A stretch of DNA of 64,000 bases, from positions 128,001-192,000 of IMG/VR virus record IMGVR_UViG_3300032281_000616; one strand, written 5' to 3'. The notes under the pieces are model-generated. The model was given only the letters and a program-made list of their open reading frames with translations, did no database searches and was not told the origin of the DNA. This DNA is from a virus. Taxonomy: Duplodnaviria > Caudoviricetes. Shown piece after piece: positions 50,976 through 61,106 of this stretch (the stretch's first letter is position 1; each line of letters opens with the position of its first letter). The position numbers and the translations under genes were made by a program.

Positions 50976-51644
50976 TTAGTGTTTAATGTATTTTTCAGTT
51001 AAAGGAGTTAATGATGATAATTTACCGTCTTCAATCAAATACACTTCACCGTTTTTCGGAGTCTTATATTTTTCGAATTCTTTAACAGACCAACCTAAAA
51101 TATACATAAGATATAATTTGTTGAATTCTCCATGAGCAACTACAATATTATTCTCATAATTAGTATTACTCTTCATCCACATATCAAATAAAACTACTCT
51201 CTGATATGCATCCAAGAAACTCTCACCACCTTCTGGTCTATAATAGAAATTAAAATGATCCTCTGTTTTTTTACCAGCTTCTACAATATCTCTCAGAGAT
51301 CCCCAATTTCTTTCAATCAATAAAGGCATCTCCTGATAATTCTCAATATGATATCCTTCAAAATTGGTGATTTGTCCATGAATGATGTCTGCTGTTTGCC
51401 TAGCTCTTTTATATGGGCTATAAAACATATTGAACCTATAAGGTGGGTTCTTGCTAGGGTATGGATAATCGGGATCGTTTTTATGAACGATATGATCATT
51501 TAAATCCATGATTCTGTCACCAGATTTTACAGCTTGAGCTTGTCCCTTGAGTGTGATAGATATGTCACAATCCAATTTTTCAAAATAAACAGAGGGGTTC
51601 TCGTTCCCCTCCGAACTTCCGTGGCGCACTAAATACAATTTCAT
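50976..51644 (-). CDS. histidine phosphatase (phosphoglycerate mutase-like)
   Basis: LVRHGSSEGN, SPYKRARQTA, ERNWG, GGESF, VVAHG. Confidence 0.9.
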   Translation of the reverse strand: MKLYLVRHGSSEGNENPSVYFEKLDCDISITLKGQAQAVKSGDRIMDLNDHIVHKNDPDYPYPSKNPPYRFNMFYSPYKRARQTADIIHGQITNFEGYHIENYQEMPLLIERNWGSLRDIVEAGKKTEDHFNFYYRPEGGESFLDAYQRVVLFDMWMKSNTNYENNIVVAHGEFNKLYLMYILGWSVKEFEKYKTPKNGEVYLIEDGKLSSLTPLTEKYIKH

Positions 51645-51907
51645 AATAATTCAAAACTTTCCCATCTAATAAGACCCTCTGAGTCGAAGTTGCATCCACC
51701 ACAACCACCACTTCGACCATTACAAATGATACAAACTTTCCTGTGATGCTCTTTATTTAAAGATTTAATAACACCTCTCCCAGAACAATGATAACAACCA
51801 GTAGTAGATTCGTGACCACAAAAATAATCCAATTCACCCTCACCTTCACAAGCAGGACAAATCATTAAACCTGTGGATTCTATAATTTTTTTTACGCTAC
51901 CTGTCAT
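51641..51907 (-). CDS. DnaJ-type Zn-finger small protein
   Basis: CPACEGEG, CYHCSGRG, CIICNG. Confidence 0.65.
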   Translation of the reverse strand: MTGSVKKIIESTGLMICPACEGEGELDYFCGHESTTGCYHCSGRGVIKSLNKEHHRKVCIICNGRSGGCGGCNFDSEGLIRWESFELL

Positions 51908-52042
51908 AATAATGGTAAGTGATTTGTTATTCCTTCAAACTTATAGTCCCAGTGTGGTCCTATTCCTAAACAAGTTATAGGTTCTGTCGGATAGTCTGTA
52001 TAATACGTTAGATTATCTGACTTATACTTATTATCTATAAAT

Positions 52043-52810
52043 TTAGTAATCTTTGTAGCCATATCTCGCATCTAGAACAATGTCGGAAGCCAAGTCAACA
52101 TCAAATTTGAAATTGATGATAGATTCATCCATGATTTTCTCTAATTTTTTAAATTCTTCATCAACCAAACCAGACAATTCATCCTTTGTAAAGTTTTCTG
52201 GTTTGGTTTTGATTTCCATCAAAAAATCGTGATAATTAGGATCGAAATCTTTCACTTTAACCATATAATCCCCAGAGGTGAAGAATACTTGACCCACTTT
52301 ACATAAACGCAAAATTTGTACAAAATTCTTCGGGCTGTATTCATACTTTTCAACCGCAGCTTTTCGTTTACCACCTAATTGACCAGATCTTTCTCCCGTA
52401 GCTAATCTAATCTCACTGAACACATAACCCTTCAAAGAAGACTTTAGAATATTAGTTTCAATTAGATCATAACGGTTTTCTCTAATATAGTCAAACAGAT
52501 TAGACTTATATGTGAAGGCATCATCTGGTGCAAATAGAATCTCTAATACTTGCGTATTTGATTTTCTCAAAAGCTTTAAATATCGAGTGAGTTCGTAATA
52601 AGTAGAATCAATTTCATTGTCCTGAACGATAGACTCAATTGTATCAAATCCACTGATATACTTTTTATCGGTGGCTATAAATAAACCACGATAATCGATA
52701 TCTGATGATTCATTATTCAGTCCATACAAAGTCGATCCACCGATAAGCTCGACTAATAATTCACCTCCACAATTTACAAAGGCTGGATGTTCTTTAATTG
52801 ATTCATTCAT
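52043..52810 (-). CDS. pol-beta superfamily nucleotidyltransferase (NrdC.11/RlaP-like)
   Basis: GGSTLYGL...SDIDYRG, NTQVLEILF. Confidence 0.8.
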   Translation of the reverse strand: MNESIKEHPAFVNCGGELLVELIGGSTLYGLNNESSDIDYRGLFIATDKKYISGFDTIESIVQDNEIDSTYYELTRYLKLLRKSNTQVLEILFAPDDAFTYKSNLFDYIRENRYDLIETNILKSSLKGYVFSEIRLATGERSGQLGGKRKAAVEKYEYSPKNFVQILRLCKVGQVFFTSGDYMVKVKDFDPNYHDFLMEIKTKPENFTKDELSGLVDEEFKKLEKIMDESIINFKFDVDLASDIVLDARYGYKDY

Positions 52811-52950
52811 GTTCAACATTATGATTTAGTGTTTTATTATTTTGAGTTTCGTTAGAAAATGCTAATCTTTGACATGTTCCTACACCTAAACACAATAACA
52901 AAATCAAAATACCTATACCCAAGAATTCAGCAAAGTTAGAGTTATACCAT

Positions 52951-53214
52951 TTATCGTTCATTTTTATTTCTCCTATAATTTTCTACTTTTATATAATCGT
53001 CTTCACTAATTACTCTTAACTCACTGGAATAACATTCTGTTGTCCATCTTCTACCTTTGGGTTTGACATAGAAATATCCACCATCAATCCTAGTAATTCT
53101 ACCATATTGGGGATATGTTTTTTTGATAAATGGTGATCCGAGTTTAGGACATTCCACGCGAGGCTGTAATTCAGCTATTGTAGATAGTAATTCTACTGGA
53201 TCACCCTTTTTCAT
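52951..53214 (-). CDS. hypothetical protein
   Basis: 87-aa ORF with SH3-like pattern. Confidence 0.6.
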   Translation of the reverse strand: MKKGDPVELLSTIAELQPRVECPKLGSPFIKKTYPQYGRITRIDGGYFYVKPKGRRWTTECYSSELRVISEDDYIKVENYRRNKNER

Positions 53215-53256
53215 GAAAAAATAATTATGTTTTGATTAAATAATACTAAAGATATC

Positions 53257-53394
53257 ATGAAAATAGAAAAAAGCAAAATCGAAGTTTTTTTAACCACCGA
53301 AATAAAAAATAAATTAAGAGATCGTGCGAATAAACATGGAACAACTATGTCCGAAATAATCAAAAGAATGTTGGAAGAATATTTAAACAAATGA
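53257..53394 (+). CDS. 45-aa ribbon-helix-helix DNA-binding protein, not in ORF track
   Basis: KIEVFLTTEIKNKLRDRANKHGTTMSEIIKRMLEEYL; TAAATA upstream; ATGA overlap with the endonuclease. Confidence 0.75.
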   Translation: MKIEKSKIEVFLTTEIKNKLRDRANKHGTTMSEIIKRMLEEYLNK

Positions 53395-54179
53395 AATTAA
53401 CCAATAAATTTGAAAATATACCGGGTGTTTATGTTATAACAAATTTAATCAATGGTAAAGTTTATGTCGGAGAAAGTTTAAAAATACATAAACGTATTTC
53501 GGAACATAAATCTAGAAAAGACAGACTTATAAGTAAAGCGTTTAAAAAATATGGTATTGAAAATTTCACAATTTATATAGAATATATGCCAAATTTTTCT
53601 AAAAATGATTTGTGGGATTTGGAAGAACAGTTAATTTTAAAATTTGATTCATTGTCTCCAAAAGGATATAATATATGTTCGCGTGGCGATGGTCCTGTTG
53701 GCTTGAAACATTCACCAGAATCCAAGCTCAAAATGAGTGAATCACAAAAACTAATAGCAAAATACGGTTCCGAAAATCCACTCAGCAAGCCTGTGTATGT
53801 TTATGGAATAAATGGAAAATTTATCAAACATTTTATAGGTTATACTCAAGCAGGGAGAGAATTGGGGTTATCTCATTCGACTATTATAGGTGTTTTAGAT
53901 GGAACACATTTGCAAAGCAAAGGATACATATTCAAAAAAGAATATATGGGGAAAGAAATTACACCAATTTCAAATAACGAAATCGAAAGCAAATCAACAA
54001 AAAGAAAAGTTGCTCGCTGTGATATAGAAGGTAATATACTAGAAAAATTCGATTCTGTTTGGGATGCAGCAGTATCCACTAATACAAGTAGACAAGCCAT
54101 CACAGGAGCGTTGAGGGGATTAACCAAAAAATCAAAATTTCGACTATGTAAAGGATTCAGATGGAAGTATTTAAATTAA
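53391..54179 (+). CDS. GIY-YIG homing endonuclease with NUMOD3/NUMOD1 repeats
   Basis: PGVYVITNLINGKVYVGES; KHSPESKLKMSES; KPVYVY..NGKFI. Confidence 0.9.
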   Translation: MKLTNKFENIPGVYVITNLINGKVYVGESLKIHKRISEHKSRKDRLISKAFKKYGIENFTIYIEYMPNFSKNDLWDLEEQLILKFDSLSPKGYNICSRGDGPVGLKHSPESKLKMSESQKLIAKYGSENPLSKPVYVYGINGKFIKHFIGYTQAGRELGLSHSTIIGVLDGTHLQSKGYIFKKEYMGKEITPISNNEIESKSTKRKVARCDIEGNILEKFDSVWDAAVSTNTSRQAITGALRGLTKKSKFRLCKGFRWKYLN

Positions 54180-55573
54180 TTTTCATCTTCTAGATTTAAT
54201 TCATCTCTATCCCTTTCCTCAGATTCCCTAACTAAGAAATTTGGACTCTTATATTTAAAAACTGGTTTCGTTTCTCGACTATTGATTTTTATAACAACAC
54301 CCTCATTAACAACACCTGTTGTACAATATTCACAAATTTTATCGAGATATTTTTCTTTTGTCTTCTTCATCCAATTATCACCCCAAGCATCATTAAGCGG
54401 AATATCTGGAAATAAATCTTTGGCCTTCCCTTTAAAATAAACAGGAACAGTTTTTAATCCAATTTCTTCACAAAGCCTTTCAATTTCTTCCCATGTAAAT
54501 TCATAATAATTTCCACATTCATCAACTTTACTAGCCCTGTATACCCATAATTCGGATTCTCCTTTGATCACCCCATAATCATACTGACTTTGAATAGTTT
54601 TGTTTGGAGAAGCCCATCCTAAAATTTCACCAAATATTTCGACACCCTTTGGAAGCTTTCCCTCTATTAGTTCGGCGTGTTTCCCATAAAGATTATCTGT
54701 ATATTTCCCATCTCGTCTATTTTGTAATATATTTCTACTGGAATACACAAGCTTATATTCAGTCTTTGGTATATTCAACCCAAAATATGATAATACACTT
54801 TCGCTTAATCCTAAATTTCTTTTACATAAGACGTAACCAGCACAAAAACTCGTTCCGTGAATTTTTGATGTGATTGTTATATCATCATCTGGTTGTAGTA
54901 TCCAACTATTTTTGTAAAAATTCTCTGTTTTATAGTGTTGTCTGAATTGTCCATCAACAATAAGAGACTTGATACCATCGTCCTTAGATAGACCATAGTA
55001 CCACTTAACTACAGGGAAAATGGTAGTCCTAACAGTGCGAGGGAAAATACCCAAGGTTGTATTAATCCACTTAGGAATTTTATTTTTGGATGTATTATTC
55101 TCATTGTTAGACTTAGCCTCTGGTCTAATGTATTTGGTTACAAGTAAATCCTCACCAACAGTATCAAATGATTCACCCAAGGCAAAAATTCTAGGAGAAA
55201 TGTTGTAATATTTGGCCAATTCCTCAATCTTATACAAGAACCCTTGAGATGGAATTCCGCGCAATTTGACAGCTTTTACACGATTACCCTTTTGCGAGAA
55301 AAATCCCTTAGTCTTCCCATCAGCATTAAGAATTTCCTTATCATATAAATTAGCCCATGACAAGAACTTAGGCGATAGACAAGATTCTACAGGGAAGTAA
55401 ACACATAGGTCATCCTTCACATAAGATCCTTTTCCTAATACCACAGTATTACCAAAAATTTCTGTCAACTCCAACTTATCCGCATTTGGATGATTTGTAA
55501 TTTCTCCAATTTTGACTACTGTAGCCAAGTAATTCGGATCTGCGTTTTCTGATACTTTCAATTTAGTTTCCAT
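54176..55573 (-). CDS. RNA ligase, DRB0094-like family
   Basis: HPNADKLE..VYFPVES, VKAVKLRG..SQG, TSKIHGTS, FGEI, NEGVV, FKYKSPNF. Confidence 0.85.
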   Translation of the reverse strand: METKLKVSENADPNYLATVVKIGEITNHPNADKLELTEIFGNTVVLGKGSYVKDDLCVYFPVESCLSPKFLSWANLYDKEILNADGKTKGFFSQKGNRVKAVKLRGIPSQGFLYKIEELAKYYNISPRIFALGESFDTVGEDLLVTKYIRPEAKSNNENNTSKNKIPKWINTTLGIFPRTVRTTIFPVVKWYYGLSKDDGIKSLIVDGQFRQHYKTENFYKNSWILQPDDDITITSKIHGTSFCAGYVLCKRNLGLSESVLSYFGLNIPKTEYKLVYSSRNILQNRRDGKYTDNLYGKHAELIEGKLPKGVEIFGEILGWASPNKTIQSQYDYGVIKGESELWVYRASKVDECGNYYEFTWEEIERLCEEIGLKTVPVYFKGKAKDLFPDIPLNDAWGDNWMKKTKEKYLDKICEYCTTGVVNEGVVIKINSRETKPVFKYKSPNFLVRESEERDRDELNLEDEN

Positions 55574-55674
55574 ATGATTAAATAATTATGTATGAAATTT
55601 TGTGATGAATTTAAACAAAGCTAATTCTGAAGGTTGGCTGTTCCTAGATAATTGAATTATATTTTAGTGTTTAA

Positions 55675-55857
55675 TTATTTGTTTTTTATTTGATCATCAA
55701 GACCAGAATCTTTGGCTAATTGTCTAATATCTTGAATTTCCTTTACCGTTGGTAACGTGCTTTGAGCTTTTTCTCCACCCTCAATATCATAAACCACGAA
55801 CTCGATATTTGGATGCAATTCTTCCATGGTTTGTAAAATGGATTCTACAATGGTTCC
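55675..55857 (-). pseudogene. stranded original 3' end of the macro-domain gene
   Basis: TIVESILQTMEELHPNIEFVVYDI versus functional DIISAILLSTEKRHPNIEFIAYNL. Confidence 0.8.
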
Positions 55858-55890
55858 TCAATATCCATCAGCTAGACTAAATAATATTAC

Positions 55891-56724
55891 ATGAGTAAAA
55901 TATTTTATGTATATGGGTTAATAGATCCTAGAAACAACCTACCATTTTATATAGGTAAGGGTACAATTAACCCAAAACGTCGAGGAGTCAGATATAGGAG
56001 AATATTAGAGCATTTAAGTAAGTCGGATACGGTTAATAAATTTAAAGTTAAAGTAATGGAAAAAATTTTACTAAATTACGACAAAATTCCATATATTATA
56101 TATAAATATTTTGACGATGAAGTGGAATGTTTTACGTGTGAAGTAGAATTAATATCTAAATACGGTAGAAGAGACTTAAAAAGCGGATGTTTAACAAATT
56201 TGACAAATGGAGGTGAAGGTTTTAGTGGTAGAATAAAAACCACTGAGGAGAAATTTAAAATTTCTCAAGCTAAAAAATTGTATTATGAATCAAACCCAGC
56301 TAATTTCAAAGGATGTAAACACACAGAAGAAACGAAAAGATTGATGTCAGAAAAACAACAACAAATGGCGAAACACCTTTCTATGAAAGCCACTGGGAGG
56401 AAACACACAGAAGAGACTAAACAAAAACTCAGAGAAATTAATTTGGGTAGAAAAATCCCCAAAGAAATATGTCACAAATTCGCTCATCATGGATCAAATA
56501 ATTGTCAGGCTAAGACTTACATCTTCGTCTCACCAAATAAAGAATGTTTTATAGTCAATGGAGAATTTAAAAAATTTTTAATCGATAAAGGGTTATCGAT
56601 ACAAACATTTAAAAAATTTGTAAATAAAGGAATTATTCCACCACCAACCAATCCAAACCACAATAAAATGACACAAGCTAGGTTAGATTCTACTGGGTGG
56701 GAAGTGAAATATCATTTAGAATAA
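55891..56724 (+). CDS. LEM-3-like GIY-YIG homing endonuclease with NUMOD3 repeats
   Basis: FYVYGLIDPRNNLPFYIGKG; LTNLTNGGEG; KHTEETK repeats. Confidence 0.88.
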   Translation: MSKIFYVYGLIDPRNNLPFYIGKGTINPKRRGVRYRRILEHLSKSDTVNKFKVKVMEKILLNYDKIPYIIYKYFDDEVECFTCEVELISKYGRRDLKSGCLTNLTNGGEGFSGRIKTTEEKFKISQAKKLYYESNPANFKGCKHTEETKRLMSEKQQQMAKHLSMKATGRKHTEETKQKLREINLGRKIPKEICHKFAHHGSNNCQAKTYIFVSPNKECFIVNGEFKKFLIDKGLSIQTFKKFVNKGIIPPPTNPNHNKMTQARLDSTGWEVKYHLE

Positions 56725-57209
56725 TCCTCTTCTACTAAGTTATACGCTATAAATTCAATATTTGGGTGTCTTTTTTCTGTGCTCAATAAAATCGCTGAAA
56801 TTATATCCCAATCACCACCAGCCCTGACAGCACCCATACCCCAAGGAACACCGACTCTAACAGGACTCTCCCACAAAGAACAGTTGTATTCAATCTCTTC
56901 ACAAATTTTATCGAGAGCATCAGCTAGGGCATCGTAACTACAATTTCTACCTAGGTGAGATCCATCATTTCCCAATCCTCGCATAGCATAAATGTTATAG
57001 ATACCACGACCATCTCCAATATCACCATAAGAATAATTTCCAAGCTTATCAACTTCATTCAGGTCACAGTCTAAATCAGCCTGATAAACTTTTGGGAATT
57101 TTCGTCTAATGAAATAAGCGATTCCACTACCAAATGTTGTATAACAATTTGCGATGTGACAAGCAAAATCCCAATCACCCTCTAACATATCACCATATAT
57201 AACTTTCAT
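56712..57209 (-). CDS. macro domain (ADP-ribose processing) protein
   Basis: GDML, HIANC...FGSGIA..IRRKFP, PWGMGAVRAGGDW. Confidence 0.85.
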   Translation of the reverse strand: MKVIYGDMLEGDWDFACHIANCYTTFGSGIAYFIRRKFPKVYQADLDCDLNEVDKLGNYSYGDIGDGRGIYNIYAMRGLGNDGSHLGRNCSYDALADALDKICEEIEYNCSLWESPVRVGVPWGMGAVRAGGDWDIISAILLSTEKRHPNIEFIAYNLVEEDYSK

Positions 57210-57963
57210 ACAAAATTTTCCTTTTTAATCCAAGACTCTACAGCATTTTCTGAGATAACTTCATAATTTTCTGATACATTTGGATAATGAACATCCAAAT
57301 ATAGCTCTAACTCTTCAATACTCTCCGCACAAATGTAATAAGTATTTTCTCCTATTTTAATTTGATACATATTGTGTATAATTGTATCATAGTAAATGTA
57401 TTTATAGACCCTTCCTTGAGCAACTCTCCAAAAATATTCGAGAGTGCAGAATCCAACAGCACCCATAACCCAACACTTTTGATACCATTCAATGCTATCA
57501 TCTCTAACGATAATAGCCATTAGACCAATTCCCACTAAGGATGCTAACCATCCAAACCAATCATAAGGTTTGAATATTCTTCCTTTATACTTTGGTAATT
57601 CAATTTCAAACATCTGTTAATTCTTTCTTTCGGTTATTGATACTTTTTTCTAGATCATCAAGTTTTTTGGTTATCTCTTTAGTTTTTCCAAAAACCTCGT
57701 TCTTAGCTAATTTAAACCATCTCTCTTTTAATGCTGATAAAGTTTCATCATTGGCATATACCGCTTCTGTTTGCTCTTCATTCATAATCTTCTGATTTTC
57801 CATATGATGTAAATGATTTTTCCTTATTTGAAGCTTCTTGGTATCCTTCCCAAAACCAAGTATTGGCTAATTCTTCCATCTTATCTCGAATATCATTCAA
57901 CTCTTCGGTAGTATACCCCCAAGTTTCATGTAGCTCTTGTAATGCTAGATCTGTAATTGTCAT
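57206..57963 (-). CDS. three small hypothetical genes (57206..57613 membrane, 57606..57803, 57778..57963)
   Basis: Abutting ORFs; the last has the motif at exact spacing. Confidence 0.65.
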
Positions 57964-57985
57964 GTCCGTATTATTCATTAGTGTT

Positions 57986-58417
57986 TTATTGATCATTCTG
58001 GAAAATATTTCCAACAATCTTCATGTCATATGCTTCGCAAAGAGGAAATCCAGAGTCTATATCTATACCTTGTAGAACCCATCCATAGTTTTGCCATTCA
58101 ATCCTATCTTTGAATCTAGAATTAGCTAATGTGTATTCTACAATATCTCCTTCGTATATATCTACACTCTCTTTATCAGTCATTCCTGTCCATTGTTGGA
58201 TGATATATGGACTCTCCGAAACAAGAGTCGTTTTATCCATATAAAAATCTGGCTCTACATCTGGTGTGTAATGCTCTCCAACTAAAGCGAAATCATATAT
58301 TTTTCCACTGAAAATATCCAACATCCAGTGACTCCAACAATGTAGACTATGGTCATCTTTAGACAACCATCTTTTATTTCTCTTATTCCAAACTCTAAAC
58401 TTCGGCCTCATAATCAA
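57986..58417 (-). CDS. YopX family protein
   Basis: RPKFRVWNK..QQWTGMTDK..DIYEGDIV..KIVGNIFQ. Confidence 0.85.
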   Translation of the reverse strand: MIMRPKFRVWNKRNKRWLSKDDHSLHCWSHWMLDIFSGKIYDFALVGEHYTPDVEPDFYMDKTTLVSESPYIIQQWTGMTDKESVDIYEGDIVEYTLANSRFKDRIEWQNYGWVLQGIDIDSGFPLCEAYDMKIVGNIFQNDQ

Positions 58418-58949
58418 AAGCTGTTTCTATTTTTTTAATTAGTTCTTCCAATGTAATATCTAAACCTTCTTGGAAATATCTTACATCAAAATTAGTAACT
58501 TGGACTAATTTCTCTGGTTCTAACCCATACAAAAAATTTACCTTGTTATGATAACCTCCTCGATGGTATGAATAATTTTCATTGTCCACCAATACATTAT
58601 TCTTATTCTCAAATCTTGGAACTGTGTATCCAATATCTTCTCGTGTAAATGTATTTTGGGGTGAGATGCCTAAATCCAAGAGATGAGCAGCCCTCAAAAC
58701 ATAATCATTAGTCCCCCAAGAAAGAATACAAATATTATCCAATCCTAAAGTCATCTGGAAGTATGATATCAATTCCTTAGACCAAGATCGTATGAATGAT
58801 ACATACCACCCATCGTTCGGTAATTGAAATTTAACACCGTGCCAATATTGGCCATACGTTTCCAACAATTCATCAGCGTGTTTTTCATTACTGGCATACA
58901 TAGATGAGGCCAATGTCTCATCAAAATCCAATACTAATACTTTAGTCAT
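58395..58949 (-). CDS. HAD-superfamily (NIF/FCP1-like) phosphatase
   Basis: VLVLDFDETL; VLVDN. Confidence 0.7.
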   Translation of the reverse strand: MTKVLVLDFDETLASSMYASNEKHADELLETYGQYWHGVKFQLPNDGWYVSFIRSWSKELISYFQMTLGLDNICILSWGTNDYVLRAAHLLDLGISPQNTFTREDIGYTVPRFENKNNVLVDNENYSYHRGGYHNKVNFLYGLEPEKLVQVTNFDVRYFQEGLDITLEELIKKIETAFDYEAEV

Positions 58950-59680
58950 AATTTATATTCTTTGTTAGCATCAAATTCAAAAATCTCATTAATATCCAAA
59001 CACTGATAGTATACACCATTTCTTTCCTCTTTCTTAGAATTGTGGAAGTGACCACTTACGAGCGTTTTAGCCTCTGATTTTTCCAGAATAGAGGACATTA
59101 ACTCTCTTTGAGTATAACAATCTGATAATAGTGTTGGATCTTTATCAATAGACCATTGAAATCTCACATGTAGAGTATTCGTTGGATGATTGAAGTAATC
59201 TGGTGCATCATGCGAGAACATGATATCACATTTCTCCACGTTATCAATAGGTATTGTGGGTTCATCATACCAATAATCAACACCTTGTTTTCGATTACAT
59301 CTATCAACGCTTATTCCACCACCTACTAGAATAGCTTTCTTCCCATTTGGGAATTCTACATATTCGTGATCTTTGACGAGAACAATATTTGACCATTTAC
59401 TGTCCCAAATTTTGGGATAAGTTGCATCATGATTTCCTCTTATAATGTAATACATCACATCTATAGCTTGACATAGTTTATTGATTCTATCCAGCCAAGA
59501 TAAAGCGTTCTCGATAGCATACGAGATATTACCAAAACCAAGTCCACTGTCGCCACAGTGAACCACATCACTCCCATCAGGAATATTAATATTTAAAATA
59601 TCATATACTATAGAAGTAGAGTGGGTATCGCCAATTAAAATGACTTTATTGCTTCTGAATTTAAATCTATTTTGTCTCAT
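58946..59680 (-). CDS. calcineurin-like metallophosphoesterase
   Basis: IGDTH, HCGDSG, RGNHD, GGGISVDR, FSHDAP, SGHFH. Confidence 0.88.
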   Translation of the reverse strand: MRQNRFKFRSNKVILIGDTHSTSIVYDILNINIPDGSDVVHCGDSGLGFGNISYAIENALSWLDRINKLCQAIDVMYYIIRGNHDATYPKIWDSKWSNIVLVKDHEYVEFPNGKKAILVGGGISVDRCNRKQGVDYWYDEPTIPIDNVEKCDIMFSHDAPDYFNHPTNTLHVRFQWSIDKDPTLLSDCYTQRELMSSILEKSEAKTLVSGHFHNSKKEERNGVYYQCLDINEIFEFDANKEYKL

Positions 59681-59719
59681 AATTTGGTGTATTTGGTGTA
59701 GGATTTACTAAATAATAAC

Positions 59720-60676
59720 ATGGATGAAGTTAGAATAATTGAAATGTATACGCAGGGGAAGGGTTCTCCGACTATAGCTAAAGAATTCGGAACCAATTTT
59801 TATGAGATTTTAAAAGTTTTGAAGCGAAATAAAATCGAGCTAAGAAGTGCGAGAAAAAGTTCTAAAAGGACCATATTCGATGAAAAATTTTTTGAAAGAA
59901 TAGACACCGAAGAAAAGGCTTACTTTCTAGGTTTTATTTTAGCAGATGGGTGTATAAGTGTCAAGCGTAATTATCTGAAAATTGGAATCTCCAGCAAAGA
60001 TATAATAATTTTAAAAGAATTTAATAGGATAATGAAATCGGATGTAAAAATTCACACATACCCACATAAAGGAAGCTTCAGTGGTGAACGATACGAATTA
60101 TCGTCTCTCACCTTTATATCCCCAAAAATAGTATCTGATTTAAACAATCTCGGAATCGGTGAAAGGAAGACATTTACAGTGATTCCTCCTATAATAGATG
60201 AATCATTGGAACATCATTTTTGGAGAGGAGTAATGGATGGGGATGGTCATATTAGTTTATATAATACTAAAAACTTAAAACACGTCCCCAATATTGAATT
60301 CGGTATATGCGGAAACATGTCAACTATGTCATCCCTATCTACATTTTTAACAAAATATGGTATAGATCATAAGATTACACCAGATAAATCAATTTTTAGA
60401 ATTAGACTAACTAATAGGCGAGCATTAAAAATTTTGGATATCTTATATAAGAATTCTACGATTTTTCTTGATAGAAAAAAGGCGAATTATATGATGTATA
60501 AAAATGCTAGACAAGAAGCGGACAAATCTAGTCCTAAAAATCTAGGAATAAAAAAGACAAAATCTGGTAATTATACATCTTCATCATTAATAAGTATACA
60601 TGGCATACAAAAACGCATCGGAACCTTTAAAACCTTTGAAGAAGCTTTAGAAGCGCAAAATAACTTTAGTGTTTAA
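59720..60676 (+). CDS. double-motif LAGLIDADG homing endonuclease
   Basis: YFLGFILADGCI and FWRGVMDGDGHI; C-terminal RIGTFKTFEEA (AP2-like). Confidence 0.88.
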   Translation: MDEVRIIEMYTQGKGSPTIAKEFGTNFYEILKVLKRNKIELRSARKSSKRTIFDEKFFERIDTEEKAYFLGFILADGCISVKRNYLKIGISSKDIIILKEFNRIMKSDVKIHTYPHKGSFSGERYELSSLTFISPKIVSDLNNLGIGERKTFTVIPPIIDESLEHHFWRGVMDGDGHISLYNTKNLKHVPNIEFGICGNMSTMSSLSTFLTKYGIDHKITPDKSIFRIRLTNRRALKILDILYKNSTIFLDRKKANYMMYKNARQEADKSSPKNLGIKKTKSGNYTSSSLISIHGIQKRIGTFKTFEEALEAQNNFSV

Positions 60677-61106
60677 TATATTGCCTTGCCGATTCAAAAA
60701 TAGACTTGATTATAGGGCGGGCAGCACTATTCGCACTATGAACATAATAAGTTGGTAGAGGGTGCTGTAGCCTCTTACAGCGATCACACAACCAATCAGC
60801 GCAATGCGCTCCAGTCTTATACTTAGAACCTCTCCAATTCATCATAGAATACAATTCTACTAGATCTCCTTGAGGTATATCTGTATCACAACAATTAACC
60901 AAATCATTATCAAATGAGACGACATGGGGAATTCCGAACTTTTCAACATACTCCACAAATTCTTCATAAGATCTAACAACATCCCACTTTGAATTGGATA
61001 TACCAGAGTATTGCTGCAAAGTCTTATCCTCTTCAAATATATAACAATGTTCAGGTTCTCGAATGTCATCGAGTAAAATCGCTCTAAATTCTTTTTTCAT
61101 ACACAT
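60666..61106 (-). CDS. cyclic-phosphate processing receiver-domain protein
   Basis: LLDDIREP, VRSYEEF, VSFDNDL, KTG..CA.WL, VHSAN. Confidence 0.75.
   Translation of the reverse strand: MCMKKEFRAILLDDIREPEHCYIFEEDKTLQQYSGISNSKWDVVRSYEEFVEYVEKFGIPHVVSFDNDLVNCCDTDIPQGDLVELYSMMNWRGSKYKTGAHCADWLCDRCKRLQHPLPTYYVHSANSAARPIIKSIFESARQYIKH

Noticed and set aside
59681-60676. Target-end duplication around the LAGLIDADG gene
   Set aside because: Only a 9-bp tandem TTTGGTGTA and a degenerate promoter box are seen; no recognisable relic. The RHH-GIY-YIG cassette also shows none.
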